64,000 nucleotides of DNA from Octopus sinensis (GCF_006345805.1 NC_043003.1:99820001-99884000); one strand, 5' to 3'. Shown: positions 22,374-35,981, counted from the stretch's first letter. Notes: generated from the letters alone by a model not told the origin. Numbers and translations are program-made.

Positions 22374-25300
22374 CAGATATATGCACTTTGTATATATAAA
22401 AATTATTATATATACATATTTATATATAGATACACACACACACATATAAATTAACCCAATAAATATCTGATTCATATATTTGTTGTCATGATTGAGTGGT
22501 GGTTGTGGCGATGATAATTCTCTCTATGAATGCAGACAGATGTAGAGAGTGAGAGTGTGTGAAAGCGCTGTGGAAGGCAGGGAGGAGGGATAACGGACGC
22601 TGTGAAACGACGTTATATAGAGAAAGTGAATGTAAGGAGGTAGACGCTGTGAAACGACGTTATAGATAGAATGTGAAAGGAAGGGAGAAAAGTGAGTGAG
22701 TGATGGAGGAAGACAGATACATAAAAGAATGTGAGTGTTGGACGTTTTGTTTGTTGGACCAATGTATTAAGGTAGTATTGTTTTATTGTTTTAAAACGAA
22801 AGAGGCAATGTGTTTGTTTAAAAAAAAAAATCTGTAAAAGTGAATGAAATTAGAATTCACACCCAGCTCAGTTTTGTAGAAAGAGTATCACGACGTGAAC
22901 TCATGAGTTGGGAGTTTGACTGAGAGAGTTTATATGGTGACACATGCCAGTCCTTTCGACACCACCTAAACAATGGAATAGTGTATAAAATCTAATTAAC
23001 GACTCATTCACTTTATGAATGTCTTATGTTAGCGAAGAAACAATAACTTGACAAAACCGTTTAATGGAGACGTAGAAGGAATTGGAAAATGAGGAATAAA
23101 GAGAATGAGTTGGATCAAATGTTTGCAAACATGTGAACCCAATGTTCTTTATGAAGCATGTTCTTTTTAATGTCTTTATTTTCAAGAATGAAGAGGTGCA
23201 AAAAAAAAAATCAAGCAAAATTTCATGACTTACAATCAGTTTTCTTTTGTCAGAGCCTCCTGATAAACCACGTTCCTTGTGCACTCATGATTGCCAAGAA
23301 TGAAGAGTTTATGTGGATTTCCAACTCGAGAACAGGCTACGTACAATTGACCATGACTGAAAACCGGTTGTGACAGGTTAATGCCTACAATGTCCAGTGA
23401 TTGTCCCTGTGACTTGTTGATTGTCATCGCGAAGCATAGTTTTATCGGAAATTGAAAGCGTTTAAACTGAATGGGAACATCAGAGGGTGAAATACTCACT
23501 TTATGTATCATTTTGATTGTTCCTACAAATGGTCCACTCAAAACTTCAGCAGTTATAACATGGCTTTGAATCCTCCTAATAACCATTCGGGTTCCATTGC
23601 ATATTTCAGGCGTTTCCATATTTCTGAGCACCATGATTGGAGCACCAACTTTCAAACACAAATGATGAGGTGGAAGTCCCGGAGGTGTTAGCTTGTTGAG
23701 TATTCGGGTGGATATTTGACTGCATCATTATCATCTTTATTTGTATCGATGGACATGAAAGAAACTATCTCACCAGGAATGATATCAAGTACTTGTTTAT
23801 TTGTAGCATCAGCTGTTGTATTATGAGGCGATAGAATAGCTCTTGCTCTTAGCCAATCGAGATCCTGGAAGTTTGTTTCGACGTCGGGTAAAACGGCTCT
23901 TATAAGTTCCTCTACATTTGGAACGAAATTCCCAAAAGGCAACCGAATATGCTCATCATCAACGAAAGGCAAAACTCCATCACCAAGATCTAATAGGTGT
24001 TTTGCGAAAGCCTCAGACTCCACATCACCATGTAGGTGGGCTTTCATGTTTGTTTGAAGATGGCGACTGATAACACTGTGCCACACATAAGAATGCTTTA
24101 TACATGCATTAACCTCATCGGCTCTAGTGCCTGCTCGGACAACAGGAAGAGTTTGTCGAAAATCTCCTGCCATGAGAAACGTAGCCCCACCCATTATTTT
24201 TGTATTGTGACGCAAATCTTGGAGAGTTCTGTCAAGAGCTTCAAACATGGCCTTATTACTCATTGTAGTCTCATCCCAAATAAAAAGACTGCATTCACGA
24301 AGACGTCTTGCTCTTGAGGCACTACGATCTATATTACATATAGGATTATCTTTCTTTCCAATGTCCATGGGCAATTTGAATGCACTATGTGCCGTACGGC
24401 CGCCTTGAAGCAGTGTCGCTGCAAGACCACTTGAGGCACATGCGATGGCAATTCGGCGTTCAGCGCGCAGCTTTGCGAGAATCAAATTGATAACGAAAGT
24501 TTTACCAGTACCACCTGGAGCATTCAAAAAGAAAAGCTTTCCTTGGTTCAATGTAACGCTGTCAATAATTTCATTATAAATCTCTCTTTGTTCAGGCAAA
24601 AGTCTTGGTTCATCTCGCGTAATTGTTTCCGTCAATTCGGCAATGTTGTAGTTTTTTTCTGACATGTATTCAACATCCAAAGGCGCTTCATGATGGACAG
24701 GTGTTGGCAGATGGAATTCACTTAAACCGCGTATAACATAGCGTCTGATGTGTCTGTCCATGTCGATTAATGCCTCATTATAAACATCGTCGTTGCCATC
24801 AGGTAGCGCTAAATTAGCCTGTATGTCCTTTGATAGGCTCTGTCTGAACGATTCCCAAAGGTTAAGAGGGTTGCTGGGATTACAGTGGATTAATATGCTA
24901 CAAAACAATCGACGCATTTGCCATGGCAGTTTACAATTTGAGGCCTCTGCTAATGTCCTGTGTAAGTGGTCGTCATTGAAGAAGAAGTCCGCGCCTCAAA
25001 CATGCTTCCCTGTAAGTGGCGCAGATGATACCATCAACCGTGCGAAGATCAGCAAAAGACTTCGGTCCAGTAACTACATGAAGTAGCATTCTCAAAAAGA
25101 AGATTTCCTGTTTGGTAGGATGAATATTATACACACGTCCAATGACGTTCTTCATAGAAACACCAGGCCAATTGTCAAATTCTGTTCCATGTGACCTGCG
25201 CTTCCAATTATTGTTGTTGTATGTGTAATATTGCGGTACTTCAGGGTAAATGAGAGTAGCAGCAAACTCATCAACTGAACACAATTTAAAAAATGCTGTA

Positions 25301-27548
25301 AGCGTAGTCCCTTTTGGATTTTCAATGACTTGACGTGCATTTTTCTCTCTTCTGTAAATGAACATTCAGGTGGAAAACTGTTGGTGAGCTTAGATGAATC
25401 TCGTATCCAAAAATGCGCCACGCTGCATTGGAGGATACATACCTACCCAAAACGAATTGTTTAATTTCGTCATGTCTAAGGTCTTCATCACTGAACACAA
25501 ACACGGCCATATCATCGCCCTTATTAATGTACTTGCAGAGGTATTGTATGCATCTCACCGAACTGCAGTACTCAACATTAATGTGTGCATTAAATGTTTT
25601 GGAAAGCAAAGGGTTGAATGGAACGATCCAGGCATTATCAACATCGAATGTTTTTAGCCGTTGTCTAATTGTAGCTGTGCGGCCACCCAAACCTGGGTCA
25701 CGCCTTCGGTAGATGGGATATCCGTCATTCATAGTGCAGGTTTGACCGCAAAAGTCTCTAGGGTACCGCTTCGAACATCTTTTATTCTTCATGCATGGAC
25801 TTCTCGGATTAAAGTCACCACATGGACCGTGAATCATATGCTTTGTCACACTGCTGTGCAGCTGAGGATCAGCATTTTGATCGGGCAACTCAGCAGATAT
25901 AATTCTGTCAATATCCACAGGGTGGATTCTATCGTGACACCAGGCTAGCATATGAACGTGTGGAAGACCTCTCTTCTGCCATTCCACAGTATACATCCAA
26001 GCAGACAGTGGGCCAAAAATATGCAAAACTTTCATTAAAAATAGCATTTTCTTCAACTTGGCATGAAAAACGCGCGCCACAATGTCATGTCTGTGCTCTG
26101 GCAGCTGCCCAGCGAACACATTGTCTTTAATCTCTGGCCAGGTAGGATTGCAGGTAAATGTAATGAAGAGGTCCGGCTTTCCAAACTTACCGAGGTATGT
26201 CATTGCGTCCTGCATTCGTTTATTCATATACCGAGGTGAGCCAATAAATGTTGAAGGAATAATAATACGTTTTCCTACGTTGGCTGCATCACCGTCTTGA
26301 CGCATTGCATCCTCTAGATTAACGTATTCTGTTGCTCTTAATTGGTCCTGGTGAGAAAGAGTGTATTTTAAACGTTCGGACTCAACTTTACAATACATGT
26401 CGACCAAAAACTGATTGGTCAAAGAATGGCACCTTAGTGCTAAATTGAAATCGTTTTCTCGCACCATGAGTCGATAGGCGTAAAATGCCTTGCAGGAAAC
26501 CTTCTTGTCAAGAAGTGTGAGAATTGTGGGATCAACCTTTTGAATTTCTAAGTGGTATCCATCCTCTCCATGAGGAAAAAGGAGAGGGTACTGCAAGCAA
26601 TCGTAACATCGGTGTAATTCTGAAACAAAAGTCACGTCTTCGTCGCGGTGACGGAGGATTATGTCACGATTTCCATGGACCTCATCGACCATGAGTGCTG
26701 CAACTTCATTCGTAGTTGGAGCGTTGAAACGACCAGGGTGCTCACCGGCAGGAGTTTTGTCGGCATGTATCACCAATTTTAAATGAGGTTGAGAATCCAA
26801 CGTATCCATTGCATTTTTGAACTCACGAACATAAGGATGAGTCTGGTGGAGCATCATCTGAAGTACTTCAATTACACGTTGCTCAAGTTTTGGATTACTT
26901 TTTTTCCTGATAGCAAGTTCCTCATCGTGACCAGCAACAAAGAAAACCTGCATGAATGTAGGCTCTTTACCAGGAATCGGTCGAAGACTTCCCATTTGAT
27001 GGTAGCACTGTCCATGAATTTTGTATGTGTAAAAATGTTCATACTTCTCTGAATGATAATTAGGCTTTGTAGAATGTCTGTCGACATGGGGGTTTTCGAG
27101 TACTGTTTTCGCAACGGGTCTTGAAGGTCCAGGGACATTGAGGTTTTCCGTTATTGTTGTTGTAACAGTCCATGAAGGTCCGGGGACACTGAGATTTTCA
27201 GTTGTTGTCGAAGCAACATTTGAAGGTCGTGGCATATTTTGTTTATTTTTATTTTCGTAGCAGAATAGAGAGGGCGGAGGTGGCAGACGTCGTTGCAATG
27301 TAAACATGATTTGTTTTAAGATTTTGCGATGTAAACATGATTTGTTTTAAGAGAAAGATTGTCATGATTGTGTGTTGGTGGTGGTGGTGGTGGTGGCGAT
27401 GATAATTATCATTAGGAAAAAGAGTGAGTGAGGAAGACATACATAAGTTGTGGCGATGATAATTGTAGACCCCTTTTCACATTTTGATGAAGAGAACCCG
27501 ATTTCATTCGTGTGTACTGGGGCCCACATATAGGTGTGTGTGTGTTTG

Positions 27549-27603
<55 letters not shown>

Positions 27604-28158
27604 ACGCTGTAGAAATTAAATTAGAGATCAAACCACTAAAAGGGAAATGAAACAGTAAAAAAAACGCAAACATAAAAATAAAAATATAATATTAGATATA
27701 TGTATATATGTGTGTGTGTGTGTGTGTGTTGACAGGTAGACAATAGAATGCGATGGCGATGGGGATGGCGATGGGGATGGCGATGTAATATTTGTTACTG
27801 TCCATGAACGCTGATAGATACATGAGTAAAATGTATAGGAAGGTAAGAGATAGAGTGAGTGAAAATGTTCTTGGAAGAGAGTAAACAGCGAGAGTGATTT
27901 GAGGAAGACTTTACATTAAATAACGGTAGTTGCATTGTCAAATGAAGAGGAGTGACAGAGTACTGGAGGAAATAGGGTGAGGTAGGAAGATGGCCCCTAG
28001 CAACCACACCTTTTAAGATAGGGATTTCTAAGGTAGCCCACGCGCATCGTCACCTCATTCTACATGTCCCTGTAAATTTTGGAGCGAATCGGACGGGACG
28101 TAGTGGCATTGAAAGCGAACCAAGCGGTAAAAATGCAATTCAGTTTTCTATATAGAGA
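22220..28158 (-). mobile_element. Formerly autonomous Helitron H2
   Basis: 5' TC at 28158, 3' hairpin plus CTAG at 22220, and an internal RepHel gene. Confidence 0.9.
23236..27307 (-). pseudogene. Helitron Rep/helicase (HUH endonuclease + PIF1 helicase), split into four ORFs by frameshifts
   Basis: Rep motifs GKPDLFITFTCNP, VEWQKRGLPHVH and YLCKYINKG. Helicase motifs APGGTGKT, IWDE, GDFRQTLPV and FAMTINKSQGQSL. Confidence 0.95.
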
Positions 28159-29374
28159 CTAGCTGAAGGTGACCCGCTCTACGCGCGGGTAAGAGTGTGG
28201 GTGTTACTTTCTGTTGCTTCCTTTCAGCACGTAAAAAGCACCATCCGAACGTGGCCGATTGCAGCACCGCCTTGACTTGCTTCTGTGCTGGTGGCACGTA
28301 AAAAGCACCAACCGATCGTTGCCACTGCGAGCCCCCCTGGCACCAGTGCCGTCGGCACGAAAAAAGCACTCACTACACTCACAGTGTGGTTGGCGTTAGG
28401 AAGGTCATCCACCTGTAGAAACACTGCCAGATCATACTGGAGCCTGGTGCAGCCTCCTGGCTTCCGAGACCCGGTCACACTGCCCAACCCGTGCTAGCAC
28501 GGAAAACGGACGTTAAACGATGATGATGATGTTGATTCTCCCTCTTTGTTTCTCTCTCCTTTCTCTCTCACTTTCCCACTCTCTTACTTTTCTTTTCTCT
28601 CTGACTCTCCCTCGCTTTCTCTTACTCTCTATCTTTATCTATCTCTCTCCCATTTATAAACAACAGAAGATCTTGAGTAAGTTGAGAAATAAAATATTTA
28701 GAAAGATCAATCAGAAATATGAGGCAGTGGCAATGGAAAGGTCTGCTTCAAGGCAGACAGCAAAACGCTAACATTCAAAAGGGACAGACGAACTTGCGAG
28801 CTGAATAAAAATAATAAAATATTGGAAACCAAAGTTTGAAGGGATAGAATCTGAGGATAGTAGAGTCACCATGGCTGGCATTTCTTAACGACGGACAGCA
28901 ACGTAGTGACAGTTTAACGTCTGGCGTAAAATTTTGAACTTGATGTAAAAGAAAATTCGTAAACACCAATTTTTGAAGTGATTCTTTCTCACGACAGTAG
29001 ACTCACCATGGCAAGCATTCAAAACTTCTTTATCATGGACGGCAACACATTGACGATTAAAAGGCTGGCGCAAATTTTTTAGCTTGATGCAACAGAGAAT
29101 TCCTAAACACCCGCTCTTTGAAATTTTAATCGCCTTCCAGCCCCATTTAGACCCCTTTTCACATTTTGGTTAATATAACCCGATTTCATTCGGGTGTACT
29201 GGGGCCACATTTTATAAGATGAGGAATTTTGTCCTAGAGGTCACGCCTTTCATTTGAGGAACAAAATAGTTGTGATGCAAACTTGTCAGCACTTTTAACA
29301 TAGGTGTGCATATTTTCAGGTGAATCGACCGACTACGTAATGCACACATATATATATGTGTATATATATATGTG

Positions 29375-29426
<52 letters not shown>

Positions 29427-29557
29427 ACGCATTATATATACAAATGTATACAAATGAGATATATATCTGTATAAATTAAATTAGAGATAAAACCATCAAA
29501 CAGTGAAAAACCAAAAAACAAAAACATAAAAAAAGAAAATATAACATAGAAAATATA

Positions 29558-30571
29558 TCTATATATATAAAACTGTAGTTGTGTGAGTGTCTGTCCCCTT
29601 CGATTTAGATTCCTAACTACTCCCAAATTTTGCGGTGCAGTTTAACCAAATTCGGGTATCTTATAGTCGTGATTCATATCGAGCCCGTCTGGGTATTAGC
29701 GCGCGTCTACGATGAATGTACGATTTTTAAAATAATTTAACATCATTTTTTATTCCATTTTAATGCATATTTTTTCGTGTGTCGATGGCGGCGGAGTTGG
29801 CGTCCACGCTCACGCCTGCACCTGTGTTGCTTCTCCCCCTTCTTCCCTCCCTCGTGAAGCTGTGGGGAAGGGAGTGTAAGGAAATCAACGTCGTAATGCG
29901 TTGTGAAGGAGACCAGCGTTCTTTTAGAACAACGACTTCATGGCTTGAAGTCGCCAAAACAGAAATCGCTAAAGAAGCTGAAACAGATCCACAAAAACGG
30001 CAAAAACCGCCACACAGGGCAGGTTTCCTGTGCAAACAATTTGCACACCGAATGTTTTAGTTGTTGCACAAATCTTTATATATAAAAGTAAGGTTGTGTG
30101 TCTGTCTCCTACGATTTAGATTCCTAACTACTCCCACATTTTGCGGTGCAGTGTAACCAAAACCGGGTATCTTATAGTCGTGATTCATATCGAGCCCTTC
30201 TGGGTATTAGCGCGCGTCTACGATGAGTCTACGATTTTAAAAAAAATTTACCATCATTTTTTATTCCATTTTAATGCATTTTTCGCTATTATATAAGGGA
30301 AGTAACTCTCTAAAAATGACTACGATGAGTCAACGATTAAAAAAAAAATTACCATCATTTTTTATTCCATTTTAATGCATTTTTCGCCATTATATAAGGG
30401 AAGTAACTCTGTAAAAATGTCTACGATGAGTCAACGATTAAAAAGAAATTACTATCATTTTTTTATTCCATCTTTAATGCATTTTTTGCTATTTTTTTTG
30501 CTATAACTCACTAAAAATGCTTATATAGTTATTTCCCTTACAAACCCGAGCAACGCCGGCGATACTGCTAG
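29558..30571 (+). mobile_element. Nested non-autonomous Helitron of a second family, with two 5' ends and internal ~100-bp repeats
   Basis: A|TCTATATATATAAAACTG start, second TC start at 30073, CCCGAGCAACGCCGG hairpin plus CTAG|T. Matches 57107-57620. Confidence 0.85.
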
Positions 30572-30699
30572 TAAAATATAAAATTGAAAACTTTAAATTA
30601 TTTAAATTGAAAATAAAAATTATGAAATTATATTTATAATTTGTTTAAAAATATATATAACTATGAAAAAGTATGAAAAAGTTTAATATACATAAATAC

Positions 30700-30930
30700 A
30701 GATATATACACTTTGTATATATACATTATATATACATATTTATATATAGAACACACACACACACATACATTATATATACATATTTATATATAGAACACAC
30801 ACACACACACACATACATTATATATACATATTTATATATAGAACACACACACACACACATACATTATATATACATATTTATATATAGAACACACACACAC
30901 ACACACACACCACACACACACACACACACA
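30700..30930. repeat. ~45-bp minisatellite (ATACATTATATATACATATTTATATATAGAACACACAC) x4
   Basis: Directly visible. Confidence 0.85.
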
Positions 30931-31445
30931 TAAATGAACGCAAGAATATCTGATTCATAATATTTGTTCTCATGTTCGTGTGTTGATTGTTGGTGACAGA
31001 CATATACTTCAAAGAACGCCGCCGAAGTGATAGGAAGGTAGGAAACAAAGTCAGTGAAAAAGAAAGGAAATAGCGATAGTGACAGATACTTTAAATAACC
31101 GTAGTGGCATTCTGAAAGTTATAAATGAAGAGGAGTGACAGAGTACTGGAGGAAATAGGGTGAGGTAGGAAGATGGCCCCTAGAAACCACAGCTTTTAAG
31201 ATAGGGATTTCTAAGGTAGCCCACGCGCATCGTCACCTCATTCTACATGTCCGTGTAAATTTTGGAGCGAATCGGACGGGATGTAGTGGCATTGAAAGCG
31301 AACCAAGCGGTAAAAACGCATTTCAGTTTTATATATAGAGATATATATATATATGTGTGTGTGTATTTATATATATGTGTGTGTGCGTGTGTGTGTGTAT
31401 ATATATATATATAATCAAAATAAGCAACAAGGATATCCAAGGTAG

Positions 31446-31533
31446 TGTAGTACAATCGTTTCATGCTACTTCATTTTATTAAACAATGTAAGTATTACAT
31501 CAGTTTTAAAATGTAGAGCAATCTTCAGCCACA
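31446..31533 (-). ncRNA. Type I hammerhead ribozyme with a long stem II, in a PLE-type terminal segment
   Basis: Minus strand reads TGTGG CTGAAGA T-[TGCT..ATTTTA..ATGTAA tac TTACAT..TAAAAT..AGCA]-T GAAA C GATT G TA CTACA. Confidence 0.65.
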
Positions 31534-31879
31534 TATAGAATTTTTTTAATTTAATGGACAATGTACACTTTTATACTTCTTTCATTTGCCAACATTATAA
31601 AGAGGGTAGATATATAGATAGAGAGGTTAATTTCATCATTAGGAACATGGTAGTAGAAGGTCCTTCTTCATCTGTAGATTTTTATCACTGAGTTCACTTT
31701 GTTATTTAGATTAATCAATGGAGAGGGGTTTTCTTGATTTGGTTCAATGGAGAAAAACAAGAATTCTTTTTCTATTTATAGATAGATGAAGGGGTAGTAC
31801 AAATGTCGAAATCATAAATACATCTCCATTTTGAGGAATTTAAGTTAGGCATATTTGAATGTATCTTAGCTAAAGTTAG

Positions 31880-32078
31880 TAGGCCCTGGACCGGGCGACG
31901 CGTTGTGTTCTTGAGCAAAACACTTCATTTCACGTTGCTCCAGTCCACTCAGCTGGCAAAAAGGAGTAACGCTGCGATGGACTGGCGTCCCGGCCAGCTG
32001 GGGAATACATACGCCATAGAAACCGGGAAACTGGGCCCATTAGCCTGGCTAGGCTTTAAAAGGGCGCGTTTATTTTAT

Positions 32079-32080
<2 letters not shown>
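31880..32080 (+). mobile_element. SINE fragment
   Basis: TTGTGTTCTTGAGCAAAACACTT..GCGATGGACTGGCGTCCC core followed by a TA-rich tail. Confidence 0.65.
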
Positions 32081-32122
<42 letters not shown>

Positions 32123-32310
32123 TAAATAGATGAGTGTATTTTACCTTGTTAACAATTAACACGGATAAATGAATGAATAGTTACCAGGGCAGCAAAAATC
32201 TCACAAGTAAAGATGTTGTAACTCCTTGTTTATAAAGTATCAGTGGAATTTTTGAAACATATGTAGAAAGTAAAAATACTTGTTTAAACCTGCGTTAACT
32301 CCATTTTTTA

Positions 32311-32379
<69 letters not shown>

Positions 32380-32399
32380 AACGCGCCCTTTTATATATG

Positions 32400-32730
32400 T
32401 AGTAAAGGCGCACATAGTTTATTAGTTACCATATTTAGTTCACGATCATAATGTCGTAAGTTCGATACACGTTAGTACGTTGGATCCTTGAGCAAGACAC
32501 TTTACTTCACGTTAATTCCAGTCCATTTAGCTGCCTAAAATGAGCTGTTCCTAAAATTCAAAGGGTCAGCCTAGTCACATTCTGTATCACACTGAATCTC
32601 ATTGAGAATTACGATAAGGATACGCGTGTCAGTGGAGTGCTGAGCCACTTGCACGTTAATTTCGTGAGCAAGCTGTTCCATTAATCAGATCAGCTAGAAC
32701 ATTTGCTGTCTTAACCGACGGAGTGCCAGA
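32400..32730 (+). mobile_element. Degenerate tRNA-derived SINE
   Basis: B-box-like AGTTCGATAC followed by CCTTGAGCAAGACAC. Same family as 54410. Confidence 0.6.
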
Positions 32731-32789
32731 TTACATACACGCATACGTTGTCTGATTATCACATACACGTTGTCTGATTATTACATACA

Positions 32790-33431
32790 CGCATACGTTG
32801 TCTGAGAATCTACATAAAATTTTACCAAAAGCTTGACGATATCTGCTCAGTGTCCTACGCAAAGTTTTCAAAAGTTTTTCATCATTCTTGACACAATCAA
32901 AAAGATCTTTTTGGTCAGCTGAAAGCAGTTTTGGCACAAATCTTCAGTGATAATGGACTGAACTGAACCATAACTAATCTGCACATAACTCACAGATGGT
33001 GATTCGATGATTCCCTCTCACAGCTGCACACACATCTGTGATGTTTTTCTCAGTTTTGCTGGTTGCGGGTCTCCCAGAACATTCGTCAATATCGACATTT
33101 TTTCGGCCATCTTGGAGAAGTCTGAACCACTCGTATATTTGTGTGCGGCTCATACACTCCTCTCCATACACTTTTTGCAGCTTTGCGTAGGCCTCTGAAC
33201 AGATATCGCCATAACAACTTTCTCTGGCATGGTCAATGCGACGATCACACGCTACACTACACACATTCCTTTTAAGCACTGCTGTAAACAGCAGAAGTGA
33301 GCTGGAACGTTAAAACATAGTACGCATGCACAACAGAGTTCAAGATCAAGCTTTGCCAAGCGGCTTCACTCTGTATTCTTTAGCATCGTTACTATGGCAA
33401 CTGCCCGGATACTTATTGATCAAACCTCGTA
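32790..33431 (-). mobile_element. 5' half of a mariner transposon (TIR + HTH region), disrupted
   Basis: TA+CGAGG..TCAATAAGT terminal repeat, and MSRTQIYEWFR..DGR..SGRPATS..RIT followed by PKLLS. Confidence 0.85.
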
Positions 33432-33439
33432 CATGCCTG

Positions 33440-34185
33440 CATACATACATACATACATACATACATACATACATACATACATACATACATACATACATAC
33501 ATACATACAACCATGCATGATGGCCGCTTCCTCGTTCTCGAGTATAAGATAACGATGCCAGTACTTCAAGCGATGCCTATGCAGGAAGCTTTTTTAAGTG
33601 AGGTGAGGCCTTGCACATAACCAATCCCACACAACAATGACAGCCCCCAAAAGAAGAACTAGTTAGCTTTCATTGGCTGCTATCGTGTTGCAGGTTTTAC
33701 ATTAGAGTTTCCCTTCTCGTAGAGTGATGTCCAAACAAGGACTAGGGGTCACTCACTGCACCATGTCTGTATTTTCATTATTGAAAACGTGCCAATCCTT
33801 TGCACAGCCACCGTGTTTTCTGCACCAAAGTCAACAGTTTGTCGATGATTGCTGCAGGGACTACTGCTATCCATGAGAAATAGCAGGACCATGCTTGTGT
33901 ACACAGTATTAAATGGCCACTGACAGTAATGAGTTCAAACATCGTTTGACAAGTTTTTTTTCATCCTACAGGATGTCCAATCAATCTCCTCACTAAGCAA
34001 GTTTAGTGGGGTTGCCAGTTTAGTCGCCGACGACCCAACTACGCAGCAGGTAGTACTGGATTACATGATATTCGTAGCGCTTACAAGCGACCTGACATAC
34101 ATACATACATACATACATACATACATACATACATACATACATACATACATACATACATACATACATACATACATACATACATACA

Positions 34186-34215
<30 letters not shown>
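33440..34215. repeat. Two (ACAT)n tracts (33440-33510 and 34095-34215) with intervening repeat relics
   Basis: Directly visible. Confidence 0.8.
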
Positions 34216-34219
<4 letters not shown>

Positions 34220-34784
34220 CATGCGTATATGTGTATATACTTTTTTTATTTACATTCATGATTTCACTGACACTTGACAGATTTTTCCAAGAATTTGTTA
34301 TGATAGACTACCCGTATCTGCTGCGTTAGATTTGTGACCCTATTCAGGAATCGTTCAACAACATCCAGCAGTGACTACAACATCCAGCAGTGACTACAAC
34401 ACCCAGCAGTCGTCTAGTAGTCGTCCCGGGCTCATTAATAGGGACGAAATTTATGCAAGATTCACCATTCAGAGTTTCACATATTCACACTTTTGAGGTA
34501 AATTTTCCATATGGAATTGGAACATGATGTTTCATATATCGATTCCATTGGTTATATCAAGCTATACATGTGTTTGAGGGACGAGTTCCAATCTTGGTGA
34601 CAAAACTCTCGATTTATATATGATACTGAAATTTTATTCTTCAGTAGAAATCCCCTCTGCATGCCGGCTTTGTCTTGTTGGGTGAGGGATAAACTCCCTA
34701 CGTACGGTTGATATCCCTTTCTTGTCAATATACACTTTGAAATCTAGTCTTCATTTCAAAAAATCTCGCACAGGTATTAGTTGA

Positions 34785-35010
34785 GAAGGCGGCGAGCTGG
34801 CAGAAACGTTAGCACGCTGGGCGAAATGCGTAGCCGTATTTCGTCTGCCGTTACGTTCTGAGTTCAAATTCCGCCGAGGTCGACTTTGCCTTTCATCCTT
34901 TCGGGGTGGATACATTAAGTACCAGTTACGCACTGAGGTCGATGTAATCGACTTAATCCGTTTATCTGTCCTTGTTTGTCCTCTCTGTGTTTAGCCCCTT
35001 GTAGGTAATA
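34785..35010 (+). mobile_element. tRNA-derived SINE
   Basis: A-box-like TGGCAGAAACGTTAG, B box GAGTTCAAATTCC, GTCGACTTTGCCTTTCATCC body and an AATAAA tail. Confidence 0.8.
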
Positions 35011-35724
35011 AAGAAATAGGTATTGGTTTAAAAGATAGAAGACTGAATTTTCTTTTATACAAACCTAGGGAAAAGTTCCATTTGTTTAGTAAAAGGCATT
35101 GATTGGTGTAATTAGTATTTTTATCACACCACCCAACGTCTTGAACATACAAGATGCCTGTGTGTGCATTCACAAATTGTTTCCAATACTTACATGTAAT
35201 CAAGTCATTTTAGTTACGTGGTGAAGAAGACAGAATATAAATAACTTGTATGCGTCTGATGAGACACCTGTTCGACTAAAGCAGACTTACAACTAATAAA
35301 CAACAATAATAACAATATCAACGAATATTTCCTTATTTAATGTATATTTAACTTTTTACAGTACCATCTTTGAACAAGTTAGAATAATGGTAAGCTATTT
35401 ACTGTACGTTACAGGTGAGAAGATCACTTGTCTCACACGGGGATTATTCTATCCATTGAACTGATCTAATTAGAGTTTCATCTATCTCTATGATTAATTT
35501 GGAAGTGAAAAATCATGCTCATTTCTTTAATTTGCTCATCCAATTTTACTTCATCTTCTCCCCCTCTCTCTCTCCCTCTTTCTTTTCCCTCTTTCTTCTC
35601 TCTTTCCCCTCTCTCTCCTCTTTCTTTTCTCTCTTTCTTCTCTCTCTCTCACACCCTATACGGCTCTATATTGTGTTGAGTGCTACTTCCGTTTACTTAT
35701 TTTGTCACTCGTACGAATACATAT

Positions 35725-35770
<46 letters not shown>

Positions 35771-35798
35771 ATATAATATATATATATATATAATATAT

Positions 35799-35849
<51 letters not shown>

Positions 35850-35934
35850 ATATATATAGGATCGGGATATATGTATGTATAAGTATATACACAAATATAC
35901 ATACAACTTATATCTTTTTAGTTACACGCACGCG

Positions 35935-35981
<47 letters not shown>

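Larger units (their letters stand above)
28159..31341 (-). mobile_element. Non-autonomous Helitron H3 containing a nested Helitron
   Basis: CTAG at 28159, 5' TC at ~31341, and ~1.2 kb near-identical to H1. Confidence 0.85.

Noticed and set aside
34360-34412. Short direct repeats (AACATCCAGCAGTGACTAC) resembling a CRISPR array
   Set aside because: Only 2-3 adjacent units with no spacers, in a eukaryotic context.
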